64,000 nt of DNA from positions 6,780 to 70,779 of the forward strand of contig WGLR01000011.1 in NCBI GenBank assembly GCA_016125475.1, in the 5' to 3' direction. Numbering within the stretch: position 1 is the first letter of the stretch; every line of letters begins with the position of its first letter. This stretch comes from Betaproteobacteria bacterium. Lineage in GTDB: Bacteria > Pseudomonadota > Gammaproteobacteria > Burkholderiales > Ga0077523. Made by a program: the position numbers and the translations under genes. The notes under the pieces were generated by a model. It made no database searches. It worked only from the letters and a program-made list of their open reading frames with translations, and was not told where the DNA came from. Of this stretch, positions 28,958 to 41,047 are shown one piece after another.

Positions 28958-30853
28958 TCAGCCGGAGACGACGGCCTCGAGCTTCTCATGCAGCGCCAGC
29001 CATTCTTCCTCCAGCGCCTCGAGTTCGCGTCGGACGTCCGACTGCTCCAGCAGGCCGGCCTTGAGTTCGTCCTTCCGCTGCGCATCGTAGATATCGGGGG
29101 CCGCAAGGCGCGCTTCAAGTGCCCGGAGCCGTTCCTCGTGACGGCTCATCGCGCTTTCGACCTGCTTCAGTCGCTGCTCGATGGGCTTCCGTGCACTCGC
29201 CGCGCGTTGCCGGGCTTCTGCCTCGACACGCTTCTGCTCCTTCCGCGTCGTGCCATCCGGCGCGCGTCCGGCCGGGTCCCGCTCCGGGGCGGCGGCGGCT
29301 TCCAGCCAGGCGCGGTACTCGTCCAGGTCGCCGTCGAAGGGCCGCACCTTCCGATCCGCCACGAGCCAGAGATCGTCGACAGTCGTTCGCAGCAGCGCAC
29401 GGTCGTGGGAAACGAGCACCATGGCTCCCGTGAACGACTGGAGAGCGAGCGCGAGCGCGTTTCGCATCTCCATGTCCAGATGGTTCGTGGGCTCGTCGAG
29501 CAACAGGAGGTGCGGCCTGGAGTAGGTGATCAGGGCGAGCGCGAGGCGAGCTCTTTCACCCCCGGACATCGTGTCGACGGCCGCGAGGACGGCGTCGCCA
29601 CGGAAGTTGAAGCCTCCCAGGAAGTCCCGCAAGTCCTGCTCGCGCGCCCTGGGGTCGAGTCGTGCAAGGTGTCCGAGTGCGGAGTCGTCCGACCGCAGCT
29701 GTTCCACCTGATGCTGCGCGAAATACCCGATGCGCACGTCGCGCCCGAGAAGGCGCTGTCCACCGGTCGGGGTCAGGGTGCCCGCGATGAGCCGCACGAG
29801 GGTGGACTTCCCTGCGCCGTTTCTCCCCAGCAGCCCTATCCGCGCGCCCGGGCGGATCACGCAGTCGACCGCCTCGAGCACGACACTCTCGCCGTAGGCC
29901 GCCCCCACCTTCTCGAGCGACAGCAGCGGGTCCGCGAACCCGCCCGGATCCGCAAACTCGAATTCGAACGGTGTCGTCGCCTGGACCTGTGCGATGACGC
30001 TCATGCGGTCGAGCGCCTTCAGCCGGCTCTGCGCCTGACGGGCCTTCGTCGCCTTCGCACGGAAACGGCGCACGAACGCCTCCAGATGCTCGATCTGCCG
30101 CTGCTGCTTCTCGTAGAGTGCCTGCTGGTGCGAGAGCACTTCGGCGCGCGTGCGTTCGAATGCCGAGTACCCGCCCGCGTAGCTCCGCAGGGTCCCCTGA
30201 TCGAAGTGACAGATGCCCTGGACGACGTTGTCGAGGAATTCACGATCGTGCGAGATCACGAGCAGCGTGCCCCGGTAGGCCCTGAGCCAGGACTCCAGCC
30301 AGAAGACCGCGTCGAGATCGAGGTGGTTGGTGGGTTCGTCGAGAAGCAACAGGTCCGAGCGGCACATGAGCGCGCGGGCGAGCTGCAGCCTGACACGCCA
30401 TCCACCCGAGAACTCCCTGACGCTCCGGTCATGATCGTCGGGCGAGAACCCGAGACCAGCCATCAGGGATGCGGCTCTCGAACGGGCCGAGTGGCCCTCG
30501 ATGTCCGCGATGCGCGCATGGAGTTCGCCGATGCGGTGACCGTCGGCGTCCTCCCGGGCGAGATCCGACTCCAGTTGCCGAAGTTCGGCATCCCCGTCGA
30601 TCACGAAGTCCAGGGATCCGCGCTCGAGGTCCGGGACCTCCTGGGCGACGTGTGCCAGCACCCAGTCACGCGGAAGATCGATTTCGCCGGCGTCCGGCAG
30701 CAGTTCACCGCGCAACAGGGCGAACAGGCTGGACTTGCCGGAACCGTTGGGCCCCACGATGCCGATCTTCTGGCCCGGAAACACCGAGAGCGATGCGCTC
30801 TCCAGGAGCAGTTTCGTGCCTCTGCGGAGAGTCAGACCCTGGAGGCGAAGCAT
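28958..30853 (-). CDS. yheS: ABC-F family ATPase YheS-like
   Basis: 631 aa from the ATG at 30853. Two ABC cassettes, FRAKATKARQAQSR linker and C-terminal coiled coil, collinear with E. coli YheS. The ORF extension to 30931 runs into tRNA-His and is rejected. Confidence 0.9.
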   Translation of the reverse strand: MLRLQGLTLRRGTKLLLESASLSVFPGQKIGIVGPNGSGKSSLFALLRGELLPDAGEIDLPRDWVLAHVAQEVPDLERGSLDFVIDGDAELRQLESDLAREDADGHRIGELHARIADIEGHSARSRAASLMAGLGFSPDDHDRSVREFSGGWRVRLQLARALMCRSDLLLLDEPTNHLDLDAVFWLESWLRAYRGTLLVISHDREFLDNVVQGICHFDQGTLRSYAGGYSAFERTRAEVLSHQQALYEKQQRQIEHLEAFVRRFRAKATKARQAQSRLKALDRMSVIAQVQATTPFEFEFADPGGFADPLLSLEKVGAAYGESVVLEAVDCVIRPGARIGLLGRNGAGKSTLVRLIAGTLTPTGGQRLLGRDVRIGYFAQHQVEQLRSDDSALGHLARLDPRAREQDLRDFLGGFNFRGDAVLAAVDTMSGGERARLALALITYSRPHLLLLDEPTNHLDMEMRNALALALQSFTGAMVLVSHDRALLRTTVDDLWLVADRKVRPFDGDLDEYRAWLEAAAAPERDPAGRAPDGTTRKEQKRVEAEARQRAASARKPIEQRLKQVESAMSRHEERLRALEARLAAPDIYDAQRKDELKAGLLEQSDVRRELEALEEEWLALHEKLEAVVSG

Positions 30854-30898
30854 GACGCGCGGACGAAGGTGGGCAATGCGGGGCGAGGAGCGGAGGTC

Positions 30899-30975
30899 TG
30901 GGGTGGCGGATGGGACTCGAACCCACGACAACCGGAATCACAATCCGGGACTCTACCAACTGAGCTACCGCCACC
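30899..30975 (-). tRNA. tRNA-His (anticodon GTG)
   Basis: 77 nt with the extra 5' G(-1). Anticodon stem CCGGA/TCCGG, loop TTGTGAT, discriminator C, encoded CCA. Confidence 0.92.
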
Positions 30976-31075
30976 ATCGAAGGACACTGCTGCGAGCAGC
31001 CCCGTCGAGGGCGCGGAGTATGACCAAAACCCCGGTCGCTGTAAACCGATCCTGCAACGGAACGTCGGGAGCGGC

Positions 31076-31152
31076 TGGCGTGCCCGGAGGGGATCGAACC
31101 CCCAACCCCCGGCTTAGAAGGCCGGTGCTCTATCCGATTGAGCTACGGGCAC
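31076..31152 (-). tRNA. tRNA-Arg (anticodon TCT)
   Basis: 77-nt cloverleaf. Acceptor GTGCCCG/CGGGCAC, anticodon stem CCGGC/GCCGG, loop CTTCTAA, encoded CCA. Confidence 0.92.
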
Positions 31153-31180
31153 CGTGCGCGCCCCTCGCACAGCGGGACGG

Positions 31181-31260
<80 letters not shown>

Positions 31261-31271
31261 ACTAAACGAGC

Positions 31272-31301
31272 ACTATAGCGCCCCCGGGGAAAACGGGTCA
31301 A
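31272..31301 (-). promoter_or_regulatory. sigma70-type promoter of the Pro-Arg-His tRNA operon
   Basis: Minus strand: TTGACC (31301-31296), 18-nt spacer, TATAGT (31277-31272), then a GC-rich discriminator GCTCG about 11 nt before the tRNA-Pro 5' end. Confidence 0.6.
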
Positions 31302-31673
31302 ACGGACCGCGACAGGCGACATCGCGACCCGGGGAAGCTCTCCGCGGGAGGGCCCGTGTCGGAAATTCATGCAGGCTGGCTAACCATTCAGGATATGCCG
31401 GCGGCTTCGCAAAAGCTTGACAGCCCAGCCATGGAATGCCAGTTGCAACCATCGCCCGTCAGGAAGTGAGGACACGTCGATGAAGGCCGTCTCGACCCCA
31501 TCCGAACGTTTCCGGATGCCGTCGTACTTGCTCCGGGATGCTCGTCTCATCGATCTGTCGCAGCCTCCAGAGTCGTGCGCCATCTCGCCGGATCACCCGG
31601 CGCGGCGCACATCACCAGGCAAAACGTGCGACGACGTACCGCGTTCGAAGCGTATACAGGCAATGAGGTAAGC

Positions 31674-32024
31674 ATGAAGAACCAAGGCAAGATCTCCAAC
31701 CCGCGCGACATCCGTCACCGGCTGGGGCTGAATCAACAGCAGTTCTGGGGCATGATCGGTGTCACCCAGAGCGGCGGCTCGCGCTACGAGAGCGGCCGCA
31801 GCATGCCGAAGCCCGTGCAGCAGCTTCTGCGGCTCGTCCACGTCGATCGCATCGACATCGCGCGCCTCACGAAGGCCGACTACGAAGTCATTTCGTTCCT
31901 CAAGAACGCCAAGCCCGACCTTTACCGCCGGCTGCGTACGGAAGCGTCCGGAAGCGGCACCCGTTCCACACGGTCAACGGCCGCCACATCGCGTCGCACC
32001 GCAGTCGCTGCGCGGCACGTCTGA
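31674..32024 (+). CDS. small XRE-like helix-turn-helix protein
   Basis: 116 aa from the ATG at 31674, with GAGG 7 nt upstream. HTH core LGLNQQQFWGMIGVTQSGGSRYESGRSMPKPV. Ser/Thr/Arg-rich tail. Followed by a strong terminator. Confidence 0.7.
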   Translation: MKNQGKISNPRDIRHRLGLNQQQFWGMIGVTQSGGSRYESGRSMPKPVQQLLRLVHVDRIDIARLTKADYEVISFLKNAKPDLYRRLRTEASGSGTRSTRSTAATSRRTAVAARHV

Positions 32025-32065
32025 CGCACGTGCGTATCGGGCCACTCGTCCGAACACGCAAATCT

Positions 32066-32101
32066 GAAAAACGGCTGCCTCGAGGCAGCCGTTTTTCTTT
32101 T
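32066..32101 (+). terminator. rho-independent terminator
   Basis: ACGGCTGCC-TCGA-GGCAGCCGT perfect 9-bp stem followed by TTTTTCTTTT. An A-run upstream would also allow bidirectional use. Confidence 0.85.
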
Positions 32102-32514
32102 CGCATCCGAAAATAAGTGCTGTCGGTCCGCCTTTCACACGGATCGCCCCGAACCTCCCGCCGCGAGGTAGGTGTATATCCCTACAGTCGTGTCGCGAAC
32201 ACGGTCACCGCGACCGCGCGCGGCGAGACATGCCGAATTTCCGAAGACCGGATTGGACGCTTTGCGGCAGGATCCGGCCTGTCTGCCGTGCACCCCGTCC
32301 TGTCCAAGGACCTGGCAGCGCCCGTTGACGCCATGCTTCGGAACCCTGCCTGGTGTCGGTCAGGATCACACATGCTCGGGAGGGCCTTGCGCCGACCGCT
32401 CGCGCCCTGCCGCCACTCCGGCAAGCGACACTGACACGAGTTCCCGTCAAGCCACACGCGACAGCCTCGATATCGCCCGCTCACGGCGCTCCCGCAACGC
32501 CCGGTCGATGCTGA

Positions 32515-34968
<2,454 letters not shown>

Positions 34969-35333
34969 TCGTTCAATCTTGGGGTAGCTTCCCGTTCATG
35001 TACCGTCGCTACCCGGCGCCAGCCAAATAGGGCTCCGGGAAGCGGCGGCCCTGAGTTCATGCCGCCGTAGGGATGCCTCCCGGAGGCTTCCGGGTGACTG
35101 CGTCAGCTCCGGGACCGCTAACACATGGGGCCATGGGTTGCGGCGCCACCGGTACGCTGGGCATACGTCACTGCTGTAGGTGAGCAGCCCGCCCCGATGT
35201 CAAGTGCGTGAACAAGCACAAAACGGCAACTGCGACTTCTTGTAATTCCTTCGTTCGCGTGCCCGACTCTCCCACCTCATTTCTGTCACGAAGGCATCAC
35301 GTCGGACACGCGTGAAGGCTGCGCAAGCGCTTC

Positions 35334-35375
35334 AGCCGTTCGCACCTGATCCAAAAGGATCAGGTGCGAACGGCT
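35334..35375. repeat. perfect 19-bp inverted repeat (hairpin) with 4-nt loop
   Basis: AGCCGTTCGCACCTGATCC-AAAA-GGATCAGGTGCGAACGGCT. No flanking T-tract. Lies in the AT-richer spacer between katG and the island operon. Confidence 0.9.
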
Positions 35376-35619
35376 TCATAGACCGGGCATGCCGTCCTGC
35401 GACATGCCTCATTCCGGAACTGCCATCAAGGCGAACCCGATCTGCCAGAAAACACGGCGCGATTCATCATTCAAATTGGTGATGCCCGTGCCGTTCGCCG
35501 CACCTAATCTCACCAACGCGGCTTCCTGACATTCGCTGAACGGCGTCTGCGCAGCATCGCGAAAGTGGATTGCCTAGCTGAAGACAACATGTCCTGCCGC
35601 CCACCGTGGAAGCAGCCGC

Positions 35620-36549
35620 ATGGAACAACCATCGACACCAGAGAAACGAGTCATGAACGCCGCATACGCTGATCTCTCGGAATTCACTTCCCCCTCCGTC
35701 GACGCGACTCCGGGTTTCATGGGCGCACTGGAGCAATTCCGGTCGCGAAGCGCCGAAGCCTCCTGGAAGGAGTTCGTGAGAACGTCGCCGCTCGTCAGAC
35801 AGTGGCGCTTCTTTCTATCGCACGATCCATACACGCGCTGGGGTCTGGTCAAGCCACGAGGTTATCCCGGCGACGCGACGCTCATGGACTTCGCGTACCG
35901 GCACCCTTCGGTCGAACGCCATGTCGCGGACGCGAGCACGCTGGGCCGTTCGATATATGAAATCACCCAGGGTGCGCCGCAGTCCAGGTCCGCCCGTGAT
36001 CGGGTCGACATGATGAGAAAGAGGCTGGTCGAAGCGGACTCCCGCGGGCCCGTGCACGTCGTCTCGCTCGCTTGCGGTCATGCGCGCGAACTCGAGAACC
36101 TTGATAACGAAGACATCGAGTTTGGCAGCATCACGTTCCTGGACAACGACCCTCTGTCCCTGTCGATCGCGTCGACTGCGCACGACGCCGCGGTGACTCG
36201 CCCCATCAGAATCAATGTCGTCAAGGAACCTCTGCCGCGCCTTCCCGAGGCACATATCGTATATGCCATGGGGCTCTTCGACTACCTGACGGACACCTAC
36301 GCAACGGACGTCACGAGGAAGATGCTCGCCCTGCTGAAGCCCGGTGGATCCTGCATCATCGGCAATCTCGATCCCGGTGCCGCCAACCTCGGCTACTGCG
36401 AGGCCATGATGGACTGGTGGATGATCGTTCGCGACAGCCAGGCACTGCTCGATCTGGGCAAAACCGCGGCGAGCGCGGTGGCAGGAACGTTCAGTTGCAC
36501 CGTCGAAAGATCAGGATGTTTCAATTACCTGACGATTGCACGCACGTGA
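35620..36549 (+). CDS. class I SAM-dependent methyltransferase with ~130-aa N-terminal extension
   Basis: Rossmann-type SAM motif VVSLACGHARE, acidic FLDNDP, and a post-motif GGSCIIGN. The N-terminal region contains KPRGYPGDATLMDFAY. Alternative start 35653. Confidence 0.75.
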   Translation: MEQPSTPEKRVMNAAYADLSEFTSPSVDATPGFMGALEQFRSRSAEASWKEFVRTSPLVRQWRFFLSHDPYTRWGLVKPRGYPGDATLMDFAYRHPSVERHVADASTLGRSIYEITQGAPQSRSARDRVDMMRKRLVEADSRGPVHVVSLACGHARELENLDNEDIEFGSITFLDNDPLSLSIASTAHDAAVTRPIRINVVKEPLPRLPEAHIVYAMGLFDYLTDTYATDVTRKMLALLKPGGSCIIGNLDPGAANLGYCEAMMDWWMIVRDSQALLDLGKTAASAVAGTFSCTVERSGCFNYLTIART

Positions 36550-36599
36550 ATTGACCCGAGAAGCCTGATCTGGAACGCGCACGCGCCCCCTGTCCGCCC

Positions 36600-38273
36600 A
36601 TGCTCCTCCCCCATCTCCTCGCGTCCCGCACAGCCGCGGTGAACCTGTGGCACGGACGGAACACACTCGAAACCTGGGATGCATCCCACCTGCGCGGCCG
36701 CGTCGCCCAATGGGCGACGGGACTCTACGACCTTGGCGTCCGACCTGGGTCGGTCGTGGCAACCGCCGCTCCGACGTCTCTCGAACTGATCGCCTCGCTG
36801 ATTGCCGCCTGGTACTGCGGCGCTGCAGTCACCGTCCTCCCGGAGCCTGTCGGCGCCGGCACGGCCGGCGAGCATCGCTTCCTCGAGGGCTTGGAAGCTA
36901 CCGAGCCGGAATTCCTGATCACATCAAAGGACTTCGGCGCCGTCGTCCCGGAATCGGTCACCGTCGCCGACCTTGCCCGGGTACCGTCCGTTGCCTCCGC
37001 ACCGCACCAGACTGGCCCCCGGGGCCCATGTCTGCCGGTAATCACCGGCTCCAGGTCCGTCGCCCTCCTGCAACTGACTTCGGGTAGTACCGGGCGATCG
37101 AAAGTCGTTCCCGTCACCCACGAGATGCTCCTCGCGAACTGCCAGGCGTCCTCCCGTCGCGCCGCGATCAACAGCGCTGACCACATGGTGAGCTGGCTGC
37201 CGTTGACTCACGACATGGGATTCTCCGGCGCCTTCGTTCACGCTCTCGTGAACGACATCGAACTCACGCTCATCCCCACGGAGCAATTCGCCCGATTTCC
37301 ACTCTGCCTTCTTCAGGCAATTTCACACACTCGAGCGACGCTTTCCCCAAACCCGCCCTCTGCCTACGGCATCCTTGCAAGATTTTCAGGAAGGGCGATC
37401 GCGGAGAACCTCGACCTCTCCACCTGGCGTTATGCATGGGTCGGCGCCGAGCCAGTCTTCGCCAACATTCTCGAGCGGTTCGAGACTTCGATGCGGCCCG
37501 TCGGCCTCCGCTCCAACACGCTCAAACCATCGTACGGCATGGCGGAAGCGGTCGTCGCGATCACGGCGCCGGCCTCCGGACCACCGTGGCAAGGATTGTC
37601 CATAAGAGCCGACGCGCTGCGTATGCAAGGCCTTGCGATCCCGTGTGACCGCGGGTCTCCCGACGCAATCGTGCTTGTCTCCAACGGCCCCCCCCTCGAC
37701 GGAATCGACGTCAAGGTCTGCGACGACTCCGGCACGCCCCTACCAGATGGTCATCAGGGTGTGCTGTGGGCGCGGGGCGCGTCCGTCCTCACGAGGTATC
37801 TGAATGGCGAAGATGGCTCCCGATTCGTGAACGGCTGGTACGAAACCGGCGACATCGGCTTCCTGTGGCAAGGAGAGGTGTACGTGTCGGGGCGCGCCAA
37901 GGATCTGATCGCAAGAGGCGGCATCAAGATCGGGGCAAGAGAAATCGAATGTGTCGTGGAGGAGGTACTCGGCCTGCACTACGGTCGAGTGGCGGCCTTT
38001 TCCTATTGCGACCACGTCATCTCACGAGAACGCGTCATCGTCCTGATTTCACGAAACTCCGGGGGTAGTGACGCAGCCGGGAGCCGCGAGATCGCCGAGA
38101 TCATCACTCGAACCTGCGGAATCCAGATCGATGAGGTGTCTTTTTGTGGTCCCGGACATTTTCCGAGAACCACCAGCGGGAAACTGCGCCGCAGCGAAAT
38201 TCGCCAGCGGTGGGAATGTGGCGAGTTTCGTACGCGATCGTCAGCACACCAATATGACACACTCGCTCTTTGA
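36600..38273 (+). CDS. fatty-acyl-AMP ligase (FAAL) / acyl-ACP synthetase-like adenylating enzyme
   Basis: AMP-binding motifs LQLTSGSTGRSK, SYGMAEA, YETGDIGF, GRAKDLI and C-terminal SGKLRR. The pattern resembles FadD32-type FAALs rather than CoA ligases (inference). Confidence 0.85.
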   Translation: MLLPHLLASRTAAVNLWHGRNTLETWDASHLRGRVAQWATGLYDLGVRPGSVVATAAPTSLELIASLIAAWYCGAAVTVLPEPVGAGTAGEHRFLEGLEATEPEFLITSKDFGAVVPESVTVADLARVPSVASAPHQTGPRGPCLPVITGSRSVALLQLTSGSTGRSKVVPVTHEMLLANCQASSRRAAINSADHMVSWLPLTHDMGFSGAFVHALVNDIELTLIPTEQFARFPLCLLQAISHTRATLSPNPPSAYGILARFSGRAIAENLDLSTWRYAWVGAEPVFANILERFETSMRPVGLRSNTLKPSYGMAEAVVAITAPASGPPWQGLSIRADALRMQGLAIPCDRGSPDAIVLVSNGPPLDGIDVKVCDDSGTPLPDGHQGVLWARGASVLTRYLNGEDGSRFVNGWYETGDIGFLWQGEVYVSGRAKDLIARGGIKIGAREIECVVEEVLGLHYGRVAAFSYCDHVISRERVIVLISRNSGGSDAAGSREIAEIITRTCGIQIDEVSFCGPGHFPRTTSGKLRRSEIRQRWECGEFRTRSSAHQYDTLAL

Positions 38274-38520
38274 TCAACTCGTCGCCAGGATCCGAGAAGA
38301 CGCAACACATGGCGCCTTGCCTGCATTTCTTCAGGTCGCATCCATTTCTCCGGACATGACGCTTGACGAACTGGGCATGGACTCCCTGGGACGCATGTAT
38401 CTTCTGACGATGCTCCTGGAACTGAGCGACGCCCCCCTTTCGGAAGAAGCGTTCCTGCCGCAACGAACGCTCCGGGAGATCGTTGAATTCGTCGACACCG
38501 CGATGCACGTGCCCAGGTGA
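38254..38520 (+). CDS. acyl carrier protein
   Basis: 88 aa. LDELGMDSLGRMYL contains the DSL phosphopantetheine-attachment serine. The ATG lies 20 nt inside the 3' end of the FAAL gene. Confidence 0.8.
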   Translation: MTHSLFDQLVARIREDATHGALPAFLQVASISPDMTLDELGMDSLGRMYLLTMLLELSDAPLSEEAFLPQRTLREIVEFVDTAMHVPR

Positions 38521-39584
38521 ACACTTCCCCCGAGACGACCGTCCAGCATCCCCAGCGCAGCGCTCTCCGCGCCGCACTGGCCCAGTACGCGAGCCCGAGT
38601 ACAACGCTTGCTCTCTTCTGGGTCGCCGTCGATTCGACGGCGTTCATTCTGGCGAGCGCAGCAGCGGTCTCTGCATCGAGTCTAGTCTGGAAATCATTGG
38701 CCTCTGTCGGCGTCGGCATCATGATCGCCCGCCTGTTCATCATCGGCCATGATGCGTGCCACCATGCCCTGACACGGCACCGGGCATTGAACAGACTCGT
38801 GGGGCGTTTGACCTTCCTCCCCTCGTTGACGCCATTCAGCCTCTGGGATCTCGGCCACAATCAGGCACATCACGGGTTCACGAACCTGAATCCCCGAGAC
38901 GCCGTCTGGGCGCCACTCTCGGCCGATGACTTTGGAGCGCTCTCTCCCCGGAGAAGACGGATGGAATGCCTCTACAGGAGCGGATGGGCACCCGCCGTCT
39001 ACTACGTCATGGAGATCTGGTGGAAGAAACTCATCTTCCCCCGGGTCGACCAAATCGGCAGCTACCGCAGCATTTACGGGAGAGACAGTCTCCTGGTTTC
39101 AGCCTTTGCCGTGGCTTGGGTGACACTGGTGGCCGTGTCGGCATACGGCTCGAATGGGTCGATCACCGAGGCGCTGTTCTTCGCCTGCTTCCTTCCGCTG
39201 CTGTTCTGGAGCTGGCTGATGGGTTTCATCATCTATATCCACCATACCGATCCATCCATTGCGTGGTTCAGGGACGTGACAGCCTGGGCAGCATCGCAGC
39301 CGTACCTTACCGCTACGCTATATGTGGAGTGCCCGATACTGGACAGTCTCCTTCACAACATCCTTCAGCATCCCGCGCACCATCTGAACATGACGATCCC
39401 ATTTTACCGTCTGAAGGCCGCGCAGAAACGATTGCAGGACATCGTTCCAGAGTATATTCGAACCAGGCGGCTGACCTGGTCGTACTACTGGCGGGTCGCG
39501 GAGCAGTGCAAACTCTACGATTACGACAATCGTCGATGGCAGCCGTTTTCCGCAATAACGCGTGAGCATCACGAAAGCGCCTGA
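38517..39584 (+). CDS. membrane fatty-acid desaturase-family di-iron enzyme
   Basis: GTG start overlapping the ACP stop (GTGA). Three histidine boxes, HDACHH, HNQAHH and HPAHH, with TM segments between them. Confidence 0.85.
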   Translation: MNTSPETTVQHPQRSALRAALAQYASPSTTLALFWVAVDSTAFILASAAAVSASSLVWKSLASVGVGIMIARLFIIGHDACHHALTRHRALNRLVGRLTFLPSLTPFSLWDLGHNQAHHGFTNLNPRDAVWAPLSADDFGALSPRRRRMECLYRSGWAPAVYYVMEIWWKKLIFPRVDQIGSYRSIYGRDSLLVSAFAVAWVTLVAVSAYGSNGSITEALFFACFLPLLFWSWLMGFIIYIHHTDPSIAWFRDVTAWAASQPYLTATLYVECPILDSLLHNILQHPAHHLNMTIPFYRLKAAQKRLQDIVPEYIRTRRLTWSYYWRVAEQCKLYDYDNRRWQPFSAITREHHESA

Positions 39585-39922
39585 TGTCCGACTGCCGATC
39601 CTCCGGGGCCCGGGCTCTCGCTCCGTCGAAACACCGCAATGCACGGGCGAGGTCTTGGCTCACGCGCCGACGTCAATGCAGGCACGCTCCCGCCTTGAGA
39701 CGTGTTGCGTGAACACGGTCGACTCCGCTCTTTTGGATGGATGCCCCCGAAAGCTTGTAATGATTTCCCGAAAAATATTCAGTAACGCGCGCCGCCGCAC
39801 CGAACCTGTCATTTCGCCGGCGGGCGGAGTCGGCCCGCCTTCGGTGGTCGGAGCCAAAGGGCTTTTCCGAGACGGCTCGCACGACGAATCCGGGACAGCC
39901 CAGACGGATCCAGATCGTTAGA

Positions 39923-41047
39923 TCAGGTGATCCGAGACGCAGGAAGGCTCACCAACAGTCGTACGAGTTCCGACTGTCTGTTGGTAGAAGTCTTTTCAAG
40001 AACCTTACGCAATTGCGATCGAGCGGTGGCAACCGAAATGCCCGTTTCGCTCGCGCAGTCCTCGACGGTCTTCCCATGTGCAAGTCTCCGCGCGAGTCTC
40101 GCCTCGGCCGGCGACAAACCAAAGAGCTGGCGCAACTGGGATTCGGTCAACATGCGTTGATGGTTTCGTCGCCGCAAGAGAATGATGGCAGACGGGCGGC
40201 AAAGCAGGGACGGCAGAGTCGCGGACTCCTGGATGGGTGCAACTGTCAGGTACAGGTCTTCTCCACGACCACTGCGATCCAGGACGGGAATACTCGAGGA
40301 ATGTCCCCGGCGTGCGGCACGCTGCAACGCTTCGCGCAAGGAATGCGCGATGTTCCCGTCGCTTGCCGTGAACACTCCCTGTTTGACGGCAACCTCGGCT
40401 GAAGACCGGACAATTGCCTCAGCTTGGCGGTTCGCATACAGCACGCGCCCCTGCCCGTCCAGTGCGAGCACCGCGATCTCCATCTGATCGAGGCCACTTT
40501 CACCGAGAACCGCTCGACGTCTGAGTTGCTCGGTCTGTACGAACAAGGCGTTCGCCCGGGTGAAATGCCCCCAGACACGACGCGCCCGCTCCAGTTCTTC
40601 CCTCGAATATCCGCCTCGGTCATGCGCCCGAAGCATTCCCAGAACCGTATGGACGCCTTCCTCGACGGGTGCGGTCCCGCCGATTGACCAGCAGACACCG
40701 TTTCGGATCAGAAAATCTTGGAAGAACTCGTTCTTCTCCACGAATGGGCGATCGAAATGTTCCTGTACGACGAAGAACTGCCCTGGCGCTACCGCAACGG
40801 CCTTCGGCCGGATCGGATCCACCTTGCTGTAATACGCCTCCCATTGCTGCATGGTATCGAGATAGTGATCGTTCGACACCAGTGACACTCTGGCGCGACC
40901 CTCGTTCTGATCCCACGCATAGAAGTGGAATTCTGACGAGCCTATCCATCGCCCGAAATCAAGCAGTGCCGGCCGCCATAGGTCAGGATTGATGGCCGCC
41001 TCATAGATCTGCCCCACGATGCGGTCCAGCTCGTCGTTTTCATTCAT
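39923..41047 (-). CDS. LuxR-family transcriptional regulator with ~300-aa non-receiver N-terminal sensor region
   Basis: C-terminal GerE/LuxR HTH (LSPAEARLARRLAHGKTVEDCASETGISVATARSQLRKVLEKT). The N-terminus shows neither a phospho-acceptor pattern nor an obvious AHL-binding signature. Confidence 0.85.
   Translation of the reverse strand: MNENDELDRIVGQIYEAAINPDLWRPALLDFGRWIGSSEFHFYAWDQNEGRARVSLVSNDHYLDTMQQWEAYYSKVDPIRPKAVAVAPGQFFVVQEHFDRPFVEKNEFFQDFLIRNGVCWSIGGTAPVEEGVHTVLGMLRAHDRGGYSREELERARRVWGHFTRANALFVQTEQLRRRAVLGESGLDQMEIAVLALDGQGRVLYANRQAEAIVRSSAEVAVKQGVFTASDGNIAHSLREALQRAARRGHSSSIPVLDRSGRGEDLYLTVAPIQESATLPSLLCRPSAIILLRRRNHQRMLTESQLRQLFGLSPAEARLARRLAHGKTVEDCASETGISVATARSQLRKVLEKTSTNRQSELVRLLVSLPASRIT

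Noticed and set aside
30854-30931. N-terminal extension of the yheS-like ORF (start at 30931).
   Set aside because: The extension runs into tRNA-His (30899-30975). The conserved ABC-F N-terminus begins at the ATG at 30853. I applied the same logic to the extended starts of gabD, uup, yaeQ, pyrF, rlmD, hldA and others.
35506-35514. AATCTCACC, identical to 9 nt of the tRNA-Ser T-arm/acceptor region, considered as a possible att-site remnant at the far end of the island.
   Set aside because: It is only 9 nt. It is also in inverted rather than direct orientation relative to the tRNA, which is consistent with chance.
39562-39921. 119-aa ORF (+) downstream of and overlapping the desaturase stop.
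   Set aside because: No motif and no RBS. It lies in the convergent spacer before luxR and is probably spurious.
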